From the NCBI RefSeq assembly GCF_006345805.1, contig NC_043005.1, positions 27,342,001 through 27,406,000 of the forward strand: a stretch of 64,000 nt of DNA, given 5' to 3'. A program made the translations under genes and the position numbers. Of this stretch, positions 1 to 10,827 are shown piece by piece. The DNA comes from Octopus sinensis. Taxonomy: Eukaryota. The notes below the pieces were generated by a model. That model was given only the letters and a program-made list of their open reading frames with translations. It was not told the DNA's origin and ran no database searches. Numbering within the stretch: the stretch's first letter is position 1; each line of letters opens with the position of its first letter.

Positions 1-155
1 TCAACCCTAGTGCTTAACTGGTACTTATTTTATTGACCCCTTAAAAGGATAAAAAGTAGAGTCGACCTCGGCGGAATTTGAACTGAGAACATAAAGACGG
101 ACGAAATGCCGCTAAGCTTTACCATGTCGCCCGACATGGTAACTGTTCCGCCTCT
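1..155 (-). mobile_element. tRNA-derived SINE, family B (partial)
   Basis: The minus strand carries a B-box-like GTTCTCAGTTCAAATTCCGCCGAGGTCGAC followed by TTTTATCC...GGGGTCAATAAAATAAGTACCAG, the body shared by more than 20 copies in the window. Confidence 0.8.
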
Positions 156-699
156 GTCTCACCACCTCAAATTGTCAATTTATTTATCGACATCGAAAGG
201 ATGGATAAAAGGTAAAGTTGACCGATGCGGACTGACACTCAATGTAAGAGAGTTAGGAAAGAGAAAGAGAAAGAGGGAGAGAGAGAGAGGGGGGATAGAG
301 GGAGAGAGAGAGAGAGAGACCTATGAAAAAAGACAGTCGGGAAAAGAATTAATTCTCATGCTAAAATACGTATACACATAAACACACACACACACACGCA
401 AAAGTACATGCATGCATAAATGCATATATACATGCGTACACACACATACACACGCCGAGCAGCCGGGTGTGGGTTCTTAGTTTTGTATCTAAATCAGAAT
501 TGTGTACATATGTATGTATGTATGCATGTGTACACAGACACGTATATGCGTGTGTATAGGTACGTATATGCGTCTATATATGTATACATATACAATTAAT
601 CATTATATATGCATTATATATATTTCGACGAATATACATGTATGTGTACGTGTATGTATGGATGTATACTTATAATCATTATATAAGCAATAAATAAAA

Positions 700-701
<2 letters not shown>

Positions 702-751
<50 letters not shown>

Positions 752-771
752 GTGTGTGTGTATGTGCGCGC

Positions 772-802
<31 letters not shown>

Positions 803-815
803 TGTGTGTGTGTGT
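702..815. repeat. (TG)n microsatellite
   Basis: Direct reading. Confidence 0.95.
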
Positions 816-1282
816 CAAGAGGAACTCACACAAACATCCATATCTTTAGTTCTGAGTTAAGATAACAACGATTCGCGAGTGCCAATTATTCAGCTAACAA
901 ACAGATTTAGCAGGAATGGTCTTACGGAATAACTCTAAACTAGCCAGCTGTACAATAAACAATTTCAGAACTTTTCTACCAGTTAAATATTTCCAGAAGA
1001 CGAAAATATTGTTCTTTGTGTAGTTTTGGAAACAATAATATAAGGAAGTAATAATAATAACAATGGTGGTAATAATAATAATAATTTATCTCATTGTACA
1101 TCAAGCTAACAATTCCTATTTCTTCTTTATCCGACAGTCCTTCCACTCGTTGACTATTTTACCGTTTTCCATATTGTCCTCCCCCACCTCCCCCTCTTCT
1201 TTGGCACTTTCTTTCAACTGCAGTGTCTGCTACACTATTCGTTTAAGACTTATAATAACTTTTTTTTTCTTTCTAATATAAG

Positions 1283-1478
1283 CACAAGGCCAGCAATTTT
1301 GAAGGGAGAGATAAGCCGATTACATCAACATCAAGTTCTCAACTGGTATTTAGTATATCAATCCTGAATGGATGAAAGGCAAAGTCAACCTCGGTTGCAT
1401 TTGAACACAGAACGTAAAGTCGGAAGAAATGCCGCTGAAAATTTTGTTCGGCGCAGTAGCGATTCTGCCAGTTCGCCC
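1283..1478 (-). mobile_element. SINE family B, near full length
   Basis: Reverse complement of GGGCGAACTGGCAGAATCGCTACTGCGCCGAAC...GAGGTTGACTTTGCCTTTCATCC...GGCCTTGTGCTTATATTAG. CpGs are retained and the 5' end abuts AATAATAAT. Confidence 0.85.
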
Positions 1479-1487
1479 AATAATAAT

Positions 1488-2132
1488 AGAATTTGTAGAC
1501 AAAAATGGTGAAACCGTATGGCATATTACCAGTCAATGTACGCCACTAGTCCAGGAAGAATATGATACATCATGACAATATAGCAATGATTGTCCATAGG
1601 ACACTTTCCAACAAGTATGGATTTGATAGAGCAAACAGTGGTACGTACATAAACACGAAGGCATCATCGAAAATGATAATGCAAAGATCCTACGGGATTT
1701 TATGACTCAGTGCGACCTTGAGAGAGAGAGAGAGAATAGGAAGCCAGACAAAGAGTTAATTGAGAAAGAAAGCAAACTATGCTGGATCATAGATATAGCA
1801 TGTCCAGCTGACAAGGTGTGCGATAAAGAAGAAAGAAAAGTCGATAGATGTAATAGGTTAGCTTGGGAGGTCAAACAGTTGTGGTCGCTAAAAATGGTGG
1901 TAGTAGTACAAATAATCGTCGGAGCCCTAGAAACAGTGAGTAAGAATATTGAGAAGTATATGGAACAAATAGGGGCAACAATAAAGGTGGAGCACTTGCA
2001 GAAAACAGCACTGCTTGGAATCACTCGAATACTCCGGAAGGTGCTCGAAAAATAAGAGGTGTTACCTTAGTTCACTGGTATTGAACAGCTGACACCGTAG
2101 TATATATCCAGCGTTAGAAGCTGTACAAAGGC
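1488..2132 (+). mobile_element. 5'-truncated non-LTR retrotransposon 3' end with restriction-like endonuclease (R4/Dong-like)
   Basis: Encodes NGETVWHITSQC (end of a CCHC knuckle), HDNIA, RKPD...CWIIDIACPAD...KEERKVD...LAWEVKQLW...IIVGAL...LQKTALLG..RILRKVL. It has frameshifts and is flanked on both sides by (AAT)n. Confidence 0.85.
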
Positions 2133-2138
2133 AATAAT

Positions 2139-2187
<49 letters not shown>

Positions 2188-2207
2188 TAATAATAATAAT
2201 AATAATA

Positions 2208-2239
<32 letters not shown>
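2133..2239. repeat. (AAT)n then (GAT)n microsatellite
   Basis: Direct reading; forms the tail/target of the preceding LINE. Confidence 0.95.
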
Positions 2240-2599
2240 CCACTTCAAAATAACCCTCGATCCAATAACCCTCGATCCAGGTTTACAAACTCTATGCTTG
2301 GAATGACCAATTTTAAATACTATTGAAACTTACACACAAGGTACAGGAAACATATGCATACCATTCTGCTTAAATAAGGTAACTGCAGGTACAATATTCC
2401 TGCATATCTCACGTCTGTTTTCATTCCTCCACTTTACTCGCTATTCCATATCTTCTCTAGAATAACTATTGCTTAGCCATTTTCTTGCACCGTCTCCGAT
2501 GAAGGAATATATGAAATATCCCGGAAACAGATGTAAGACCTTCTCTTTATAAATGTTCTGAAATCTATTACAGCCTTGGATTTTTATTTCATTCTTTAT

Positions 2600-3960
2600 G
2601 TATATATATTTATATATCAAGAAAAAAATTCTTTGGGTAATCCAATTATAGTGGATTTTCTTCTCACCTGTTCGCTTTCGTTCTTCTTGTTTTGTCTCTG
2701 CAACAATTGCTTCTTTCTTTATAGTCTCTCCCCACCATTGTTTACAGTTATTCACTGTCTTTTCCTAGCATTCAGTTGCAATCAGGTCGTACACTTGCTT
2801 GATATGGTGATTGCTGACATCCTTGTAATGGGGTTTCAGGTGTCCTCTTCGACATCTTCCATATTTCAACTTACTGTAGAGCAAAGTCTTTAGGTTTCCA
2901 CTGTCCTCTATACAGATCGCGTGTCTCAACTAGCTCAGCTGCGATTCCAGCAGGATTAGCTCAACACTAGGCATATTTCCACGTCACAGGACTTCCCGGC
3001 TGGAGATATAGTTTCGTCGAGAAATATTCATTATAAATCGTTGTTGATGCTACCAGCTATTAATCACTTCTTATATGTCCATGATAGAGGTCTCTTCTTT
3101 GTATATAGCTGACAGTTTAATACCATCTTATTCCTACAATCGTGCATTGAGTTTCCCAAATACGCGGACTTTCTCACCACACTTAGATGCTAATTCTTAC
3201 ACACGATGATCGACGATTGGGTTCATATGTACTACTGGTTTAGAGTTATAAAAGCTTTCAGTTCTTTTTACATTTATTCATCGGCCGAAAGCTAAAGTTA
3301 GGTATTCAAAATGGCGTGTGATTTTCTGAATATTTTCTAGGGAATGATCCTCGAGGACTGGGTCATCAACGAAAATCAGTTCGTAAATACACACATCGTG
3401 GCATTTCCAAATGGATCTTAATCAAGGTATGTTAAACATTTCTCTATCCACTTTAGTGTGGATATACACACCACACGTGAGTTTACTTTCCATTCTTTCA
3501 AGGAAGGAATTCAGTAATAGCGCAAATAGCGTTGGAGCCATTACACAATCCTGTTTTTCTCCATGGGCAGATTTGAAAACAAGGATCAAGAGATATCGTT
3601 ATAGACGTACGAGACAGAGATTCCTTCATTATTTCCACAAATTTCTTCTGGATACCAATATCTTTTGAACAGATTCCATAAGCCTGTTGAAAGATTTCGT
3701 TAAATCAAAGAATTCGATGAAAAGTGAGACGCGCTGTTTTAGAAAATTTCCCTGAATTTTTTTATACACTCACTCACACAGAAGTATGGAAATAAAAATG
3801 GTGTGTCTGACTTTCTTAAGTAAGTTGAGGCCCACATGAGAATATCCCCCTGTCTTAAAAGACTGATATAAGATCCTAAACCTTCTATAAGAGTTTAGGT
3901 TCATGTAGTAACTTAACGCAAATCCAAAGTATTCGCAAGTTAAAAGTGGGTTCACTGATA
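2600..3960 (-). mobile_element. degenerate RTE-clade LINE, reverse transcriptase to C-terminus
   Basis: Minus-strand peptides FDLTKSFN, KQDCVMAPTLFALLLN, YELIFVDD..LEDHSLENIQKITRHF..LAFG..INVKRTE and LLYSKLKYGRCRRGHLKPHYKDV match RT motifs and the RTE C-terminal pattern. There are many stops and frameshifts, and the ends are approximate. Confidence 0.75.
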
Positions 3961-4310
3961 AGTTAAATCTTGTATATAAGTAGTAGTTTGTATAAATGTA
4001 GTTTGATTGTCAGTATATCTATTGTTATGCATGAAATACTGAACAGAAAATGCTTGAGAAATAAAATGCACTTAACTATTTAAAACCTGAAACGCCAGGG
4101 AATTAAATCAACAAATTGAAGTAGTAAGTTTTAGCAAATGTAAACGATTCGTATTAAAATGCAGAATTAGCAAATGCTAATGAGATTACCGTTAATAATT
4201 TGCCTGTTGATACCCATGAAACATTTTTCGTCGAATTTTGGTATTTTTCGTCAAATTGAAATCTATATTAATGGGTAGGACAAATTTGCCGAAGAAATTA
4301 CCATAGTCTT

Positions 4311-4677
4311 GTAGCGAACCCGTGTCGTCGTCATTTTTGTACATGTGTGTAACAAATTAATTTATCTCGACCCGTCCTTAGTGCATATTCCATCTGTGTA
4401 TAAAATTTCAAGAAATTCAGTTGAAAACTTGGAAAGTTATGGTAGAAAATAACATTCATATGAGAATTTGCATTGAAATGTTCTATTGATTTTTGAAAAG
4501 TCGATGCCGATTAAAAATTATCGATATTTTTTTAAGTGCATAAGTGACCGCATGGACATAAGCCCCCACACGTGTTTAGTTTCATCAAAATCGATTGGAT
4601 AATCTCAGAGAAGTTAAAGTAACAAATTCACAGGCACACACAGCCACAAACAGACGGGAATTTTCATATATATATTT
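4311..4677 (-). mobile_element. decayed non-autonomous Helitron/DINE-1-like element
   Basis: TATATATATGAAAATTCCCGTCTGTTTGTGG at the 5' side, internal TTTCATCAAAATCGATTGG, and a CTAC end with a partial hairpin. It resembles the element at 10827-11293. Confidence 0.45.
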
Positions 4678-4689
4678 ACGTTTGCCTGT

Positions 4690-5085
4690 CTTTTCTCGAA
4701 GCTTGCTTTTTCAGCGTTCATCACTTCACATCATCTGGGCGTAACAACCCTCACCGTTTATTTTTATAGTTTTGTTCTTACTGTCCTGTTTTTGTTACCA
4801 CTTTAACCCTCGGCAAAAAATCCCAAATTTTATTTAATTTGCTTTGCGGGAAGGACTGCCTTAACGAAGTCGCATCTTGTCCCTACCTTCGAAACGCAGA
4901 GTAGGTGAAACAGGGGACAACTGATGAAGAGAATGTTCTTTATGTTGCCTGTCTCACTTCTCTATTTGTTTCTTTCGTTGTTTGGAAAAAAAGTTCGTTT
5001 TCTATGTTTTCGTTTTTTTTATTCTAATTTCTCATTTTCACGTTTTTTTTTTTGACGTCCTGTACCCATATATGCATGTATATAT
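4690..5085 (+). mobile_element. Penelope-like terminal-repeat fragment with a hammerhead-like motif
   Basis: CTGATGA at 4921 follows a 7-bp stem. A T-rich tail runs into a TA/TG microsatellite, and the 3' part (AAAAAAAGTTCGTTTTCTATGTTTT...GTCCTGTACC) recurs at about 24810-24860. Confidence 0.45.
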
Positions 5086-5175
5086 ACAGATATGTATGTA
5101 TATATGCATATATTTATATATTATTTATATTATCTTAATATATAAAATCCGTTCTGTCTGCCTGTTTGTATGTGA

Positions 5176-5442
5176 AGGCACGCGACCCAGTGATTAGCGC
5201 GTTGCGTACACGATCGCTAGGTCGTGGATTTGATTCCTGGACCGAGTATTACCTTGTGTTCTTGGGCAAAACACTTCATTTCACGGTGTCCCAGCCCACT
5301 CAGCTGTAGATGGATCACCATGCGACCCACTAGTCTTCCGATCAGTGGAAACGTTGGCCTGCTCGCCTACCCAGCCGGGTGGCATCATTCTAAAGCTAAA
5401 GATAACAAAAAGAACATGCTAAGAGCATTGTGACCAGCGATG
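5176..5442 (+). mobile_element. tRNA-derived SINE, family C (CORE-like centre)
   Basis: Head with A-box CCCAGTGATTAG and B-box GATTTGATTCC, then TTGTGTTCTTGGGCAAAACACTTCATTTCAC; ends in (TA)n. Confidence 0.7.
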
Positions 5443-5447
5443 TATAT

Positions 5448-5508
<61 letters not shown>

Positions 5509-5655
5509 ATTTCGCTTATGCATTACGAAGCTATGTACATATACTTCAGAGCGAAGTGTTAGATGAAGATAGAGAAGTAATAAAAAACTAAAGTGACAAA
5601 GGTATACATGATTATCTATTGAACTTCGTTAGCCTACAACTGTTTTTGCTATGAA

Positions 5656-6135
5656 ATGCATGCATGTATGTATGTATGTATGCATGTATGTATGCATGCA
5701 TGCATGCATGTATGCATGCATGCATGCATGTATGTATGTATGTATGCATGCATGCATGTATGTATGTATGTATGTATGTATGCATGTATGTATGCATGCA
5801 TGCATGCATGTATGCATGCATGCATGCATGTATGCATGCATGCATGTATGTATGTATGCATGCATGCATGCATGTATGTATGCATGTATGCATGCATGTA
5901 TGTATGTATGTATGCATGCATGCATGTATGTATGTATGCATGCATGCATGTATGTATGTATGTATGCATGCATGTATGTATGCATGTATGTATGTATGTA
6001 TGCATGCATGCATGCATGTATGTATGTATGTATGTATGTATGTATGCATGCATTCATGCATGTATGTATGTATGTATGTATGTATGCATGCATGCATGTA
6101 TGTGTGCATGTATGTATGTATGTATGTATGTACGT
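5656..6135. repeat. compound (ATGC/ATGT)n tetranucleotide satellite
   Basis: Direct reading; it is the source of the spurious MHACMYVC ORFs. Confidence 0.95.
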
Positions 6136-6143
6136 ATGCGTAT

Positions 6144-6508
6144 GTGGCTGTATGGTAAGAAGCTTGCTTCCCAACCACATGGGTCCGGGTTTAGTCCCTC
6201 TCCGTGGCACCCTGGGTGTCTTCTACTATAGCCTCGGGTCGACCAAAGCCCTGTGAGTGGATTTGGTAGACGGAAACTGAAAGAAGCCCGTCGTGTGTAT
6301 GTGTGTGTGTATTTGTATGTGTGTTTGTCCCTCTTCCATCGCTTGACAACCGATACTGGTGTGTTTTGCAGATCGGCAAAAAAAAAACCCGATAGAATAA
6401 GTACTAGTCTTACAAAGAATAATTCCTGGGTCGATTTGTTCGACTAAAGGAGGTACTCCAGCATGGTCGCAGTCAAATAACTGAAACAAGTACAAGAATA
6501 AAAGAATA
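6144..6508 (+). mobile_element. tRNA-derived SINE, family A
   Basis: GTGGCTGTATGGTAAGAAGCTTGCTTCCCAACCACATGG...GGATTTGGTAGACGGAAACTGAAAGAAGCCCGTCG, an internal TG/TA tract, and the tail GCAGTCAAATAACTGAAACAAG. Confidence 0.9.
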
Positions 6509-6510
6509 TA

Positions 6511-7016
6511 TCTATATATATAAAACTCTAGTTGTGTGAGTGTCTGTCCCCTTCGATTTAGATTCCTAACTCCTCCCACATTTTGCGGTGCAGTTTAACC
6601 AAATTCGGGTATCTTATAGTCGTGATTCATATCGAGCCCGTCTGACTATTAGCGCGCGTCAACGATGAGTCTACGATTTTAAAAATAATTTAACATCATT
6701 TTTTATTCCATTTTAATGCATAAAATGCATCGTATGTCGATGGCGGCGGAGTTGGCGTCCACGCTCACAGCTGCACCTGTTTGCTTCTCCCCCTTCCCTC
6801 CCTCGTGAAGCTGTGGGGAAGGGAGTGTAAAGAAATGAACGTCGTAATGCGTTGTGAAGGAAACCAGCGTTCTTTTAGAACAACGACTTCATGGCTTGAA
6901 GACACCAAAACAAAAATGGCTAAGAAAGCCCGAATTTATAAGGGAAGTAACTCTCTAAAAATGCTTATATAGTTATTTCCCTTACAAACCCGAGCAACGC
7001 CGGGCGATACTGCTAG
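6511..7016 (+). mobile_element. non-autonomous Helitron
   Basis: 5' TC (TCTATATATATAAAA), 3' hairpin CCCGAGCAACGCCGGG (6989-7004) and terminal CTAG; inserted between A6510 and T7017 without a TSD. Confidence 0.9.
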
Positions 7017-7109
7017 TATATATATATAACTTTAAAGGTATTTTTTGATATGCTGGCCATTGATAAAATTTTTTTTCGAAAAAAATTTTATCCTACATTA
7101 GTTATATAT

Positions 7110-7266
7110 ATATAACGGGAAGCTTTATGAAAATAAACAAAAGACGAAGGCAGGTGGAGTACAAACAAACAATTGTATTAGTATGGCGCTCAGGAATATA
7201 AATAAAACAAGTCTTTTACGTTTCGAGCCTACGCTCTTCAACAGAAAAGAAACACGGAGAGAAACA
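7110..7266 (-). mobile_element. Penelope-like terminal repeat with a variant hammerhead motif
   Basis: Minus strand CTTTT-CTGTTGA-A-GAGC-GTAG-GCTC-GAAAC-GTA-AAAG. Further copies lie at 11300 and 32808, and all end in (TA)n. Confidence 0.65.
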
Positions 7267-7487
7267 TATATATATGAATGATACTTCATGTATCTTCGAT
7301 GCTTAAGCCTGTTAACCTTTGTCAGTTAGTCTCATTAAGGTTAGCAGGTCGAAAATTCGAAGTCCCTGTCATCACACTTCTTGTAAAAAACTAATAAACA
7401 TGTAATCTTCAAAACTTATTCAGTAATTATTCAGTTAAAGGTTAAATTGTTTATATTATAACACGACATAAAAACAAACATTTGAAC

Positions 7488-7564
7488 GTGTGTGTGCCTG
7501 TGTGTGTGTGTGTGTGTTGTGTGTGGTGTGTGTGTGTGTGTGCGTGTGTGCGTGTGTGTGTGTG

Positions 7565-7597
<33 letters not shown>
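7488..7597. repeat. (TG)n microsatellite
   Basis: Direct reading. Confidence 0.95.
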
Positions 7598-7600
<3 letters not shown>

Positions 7601-7899
7601 GAGTCATCGCGGATAGGAGTAAAAAGAAAAAAATATAGAAGTACATCAGACCATCCCTTCCCCACTTCTTTAGAGACAACAGAAGACAGAGAGAGGGGGG
7701 AGAGAGAGAGAGAGAGAGAATGAGAAGAGGGGGGAATAACAAGGGAGAAGACTAAAGCAGGATAAGACGGTGCCTCTCCCCGTCTTCTTCTCTATACAAA
7801 CCAAAAACTGACTTTTGTTCTGCCATCAAATTTGAACCATATTTAACAAGTGTGGGAACGTTGAGGTGCTTTTCATAAAGTTGGCTCCAATGTTTTATT

Positions 7900-7931
7900 A
7901 TTATTGTTTATGTAACTGTTGTTGTTGTTGC

Positions 7932-7982
<51 letters not shown>

Positions 7983-8144
7983 TACTACTACTACTACTGT
8001 TGTTGCCCATAATTCTCATACATACACACACACACACATAATACATAATACATACATACATACATACATACATACATACATACATACATACATGCATGCA
8101 TGCATACATACATGCATGCATGCATACATACATACATGCATACA

Positions 8145-8178
<34 letters not shown>

Positions 8179-8210
8179 CATACATACATGCATGCATACA
8201 TACATACATG

Positions 8211-8242
<32 letters not shown>

Positions 8243-8260
8243 CATACATACATGCATATA

Positions 8261-8294
<34 letters not shown>

Positions 8295-8388
8295 CATACA
8301 TACATGCATGCATACATACATACATACATACATGCATGCATGCATACATACATATATACATACATACATACATACATACATACATACA

Positions 8389-8422
<34 letters not shown>

Positions 8423-8555
8423 CATACATACATGCATGCATACATACATACATACATACATACATACATACATACATGCATGCATACATACATACATACA
8501 TACATACATACATACATACATACATACATACATGCATACATACATACATACACAC
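7900..8555. repeat. (TTA)/(CTA) tract followed by a long (ATAC/ATGC)n satellite
   Basis: Direct reading. Confidence 0.95.
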
Positions 8556-9021
8556 GCGGCCAGCACTTTCCTTTCAATTCTGTGACGCATGAACAACGAC
8601 AATCCTCGTTATTGCGTTGTGGCTTTTATTAAAATTCTTATATAAAATACGTTCATTGCATTCGTTTTTACGTCGGTTTTTCCATGCTAGTATGGGTTAA
8701 ATTATATTACTGACGTTTTGGTTTACAGAGGATACACTTTCTGTCGCTTAACACCTATGGACGGCACAAATGTAGTTCCTCAAGGCGAAATATTAAATCA
8801 CTAAGAGTGCTCAACGACTCTAAATAGCACTTGGTGCTATGACTTTATAGATTTCAAGTTACCACATAAAAAATTAGGAGTTTTTGCCAAAAGTTTTTTC
8901 GGGAGACTAAATTACCTTCTGAGCAAATTTTGAAGTAAAAACAATCACTCGCCTAATAACATATTACACGACAGCTGATAACACTTGTGTGTGTGTGTGT
9001 GTGTGTAAAAAATAATGTATA

Positions 9022-9512
9022 GGCGCAGGAGTGGCTGTATGGTAAGTAGCTTGCTTACCAGTCACATGGTTCCGGGTTCAGTCCCACTGTGTGGCACATT
9101 GGGCAAGTGTCTTCTACTATAGCCGCAGGCCGACCAAAGCTTTGTGAGTGGATTTGGTAGATGGAAACTGAAAGAATCCCGTCGTATACATATATGTATA
9201 TGTGTGCGTGTGTATGTATGCATGCATGTATGTATGTATGCATGTATGTATGTATGTATGTATGTATGTATGTATATATGTATGTATGTATGTACATATA
9301 TATGTGTGTATGTTTGTGTGTCTATGGTTGTCCCCAGCCATCGTTTGACAATTGATGCTGGTGTGCTTACGTCCCCGTAACTTAGCAGTTCGGCAAACAA
9401 GACAGATAGAATAAGTATTAGGCTTAGAAAGAATAAGCCCTGGCGCCGATTTGTTTGACTAAAGGCGGTATTCCAGCATGGCCGCAGTCAAATGACTGAA
9501 ACAAATAAAAAA
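9022..9512 (+). mobile_element. SINE family A, full length
   Basis: Starts GGCGCAGGAGTGGCTGTATGGTAAGTAGC, has B-box GGTTCAGTCCC and an internal (ATGT)n tract, and ends CCGCAGTCAAATGACTGAAAC. Confidence 0.9.
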
Positions 9513-9723
9513 GTAAGCACAAACAAACGGAAAACATACACACAGAAGGTCGCCAAATAGTCATCAGTTATTGTCCAAAGGATTCCCACAATTTAGCGCC
9601 TTTAACGATAACATTAGTCCCCTTTGGTAGCGCCAGCGACGACAAGCCGCCGGGAAATAACGAGCCAATGAACAAAGGACCAAACACGAAAGAAAGTGTA
9701 CATACAAATATGAAATAAATATA

Positions 9724-10120
9724 TCTTTATATATAAAAGTAAGGTTGTGTGTCTGTCTCCTACGATTTAGATTCCTAACTACTCCCACATTTTGCGGTGC
9801 AGTTTAACCAACACCGGGTATCTTATAGTCGTGATTTATATCGAGCCCTTCTGGGTATTAGTGCGCGTCTATGATGAGTCTACAATTTTAAAAAAAATTT
9901 ACCATCATTTTTTTTCATTTTAATGCATTTTTTCGCTATTATATAAGGGAAGTAACTCTCTAAAAATGTCTACGATGAGTCAACGATTTAAAAAAAATTT
10001 ACCATAATTTTTTTTCCATTTTTAATGCATTTTTTGCTATTTTTTGGCTATAACTCTCTAAAAGATGCTTATATAGTTATTTCCCTTACAAACCCGAGCA
10101 ACGCCGGGCGATACTGCTAG
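9724..10120 (+). mobile_element. non-autonomous Helitron, same family as 6511-7016
   Basis: 5' TC, identical 3' hairpin CCCGAGCAACGCCGGG plus CTAG, inserted between A9723 and T10121. Confidence 0.9.
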
Positions 10121-10398
10121 TAGTATATTATATACAAACGAAATAATATTCAAGACGAGACGAATAGTGGACGGACATGGCACAAACACATAAACAAACT
10201 GGACGGAATTTTGGACATACGAACAGAATAAAATGAATAAACGGAAATACCGCCTTACGACTCAGACATTAGACGAAAATAAGGGTAACGCCAAGACGAG
10301 TATCCTAAAGGATAAAATAGAAACGAGAGGAATAGAATATAGGGAAATATTGATATTTCCAAATCTCTCTAAAGGAGACTACGGCAGCAGTACTGGAT

Positions 10399-10553
10399 AT
10401 TAATAGTTATCGCCAAGCTAAAATGGCAGTCCAGGAAAATAGGACGAATGCTGCCGTTGATTAACTCCAAGAGGCCATCGCCTCTAGCTAGTTAACGGCA
10501 GCATTCGTCCTATTTTCCTGAACTGGCATGTTAGCTTTGCGATAACTATTAAT
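10399..10553. mobile_element. MITE-like inverted repeat (about 60-bp arms)
   Basis: ATTAATAGTTATCGCCAAGCTAAAATGGCAGTCCAGGAAAATAGGACGAATGCTGCCGTT pairs with 10494-10553; an inner AGAGG/CCTCT hairpin is present. Confidence 0.75.
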
Positions 10554-10559
10554 AAAGAG

Positions 10560-10778
10560 GATATATATATGTGACCGCGTGTGTGTACCGTTGGCGATTT
10601 TTTTTCCTCTGTCTTCCCTTCTCTGGATCTTTCCTTCTCCTATGTTTTCGACGAAGAGCTCCGCCCGAAACGTTAAACCCTCCTTCTTTCCTTCTTTCCT
10701 GAGCGTCCAATAATACTATATTTGTTCCACGTCCTCGCGTTGTTGTGTTTTTTTGTGCTTTCTTGTTTGGATTAACTA
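10560..10778 (+). mobile_element. Penelope-like terminal repeat with a degenerate hammerhead motif
   Basis: GTTT-TCGACGA-A-GAGC-TCC-GCCC-GAAAC-GTT-AAAC at 10644-10678. It shares TTCCTGAGCG...AATAC with the 7110 family and ends in (TA)n. Confidence 0.55.

Positions 10779-10826
<48 letters not shown>

Positions 10827-10827
<1 letters not shown>

Noticed and set aside
1702-2055. 117-aa ORF as a host gene
   Set aside because: It is the endonuclease end of a truncated R4/Dong-like LINE, duplicated with frameshifts at 30.5-31.2 kb.
2249-2278. Exact 15-bp tandem duplication AATAACCCTCGATCC
   Set aside because: It is an isolated small duplication with no insert between the copies, and nothing suggests function.
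5612-8632. Long ORFs of 130-230 aa (MHACMYVC..., HTYIHTYI...)
   Set aside because: They are translations of (ATGC/ATGT/ATAC)n satellites, which lack stop codons in several frames. The same applies to the ORFs at 16-19.7 kb, 47.9-48.7 kb and 52.1-52.8 kb.
9022-9100. tRNA genes
   Set aside because: The A/B-box heads belong to SINEs. No complete cloverleaf with an acceptor stem was seen, and each head continues into a repeated SINE body.
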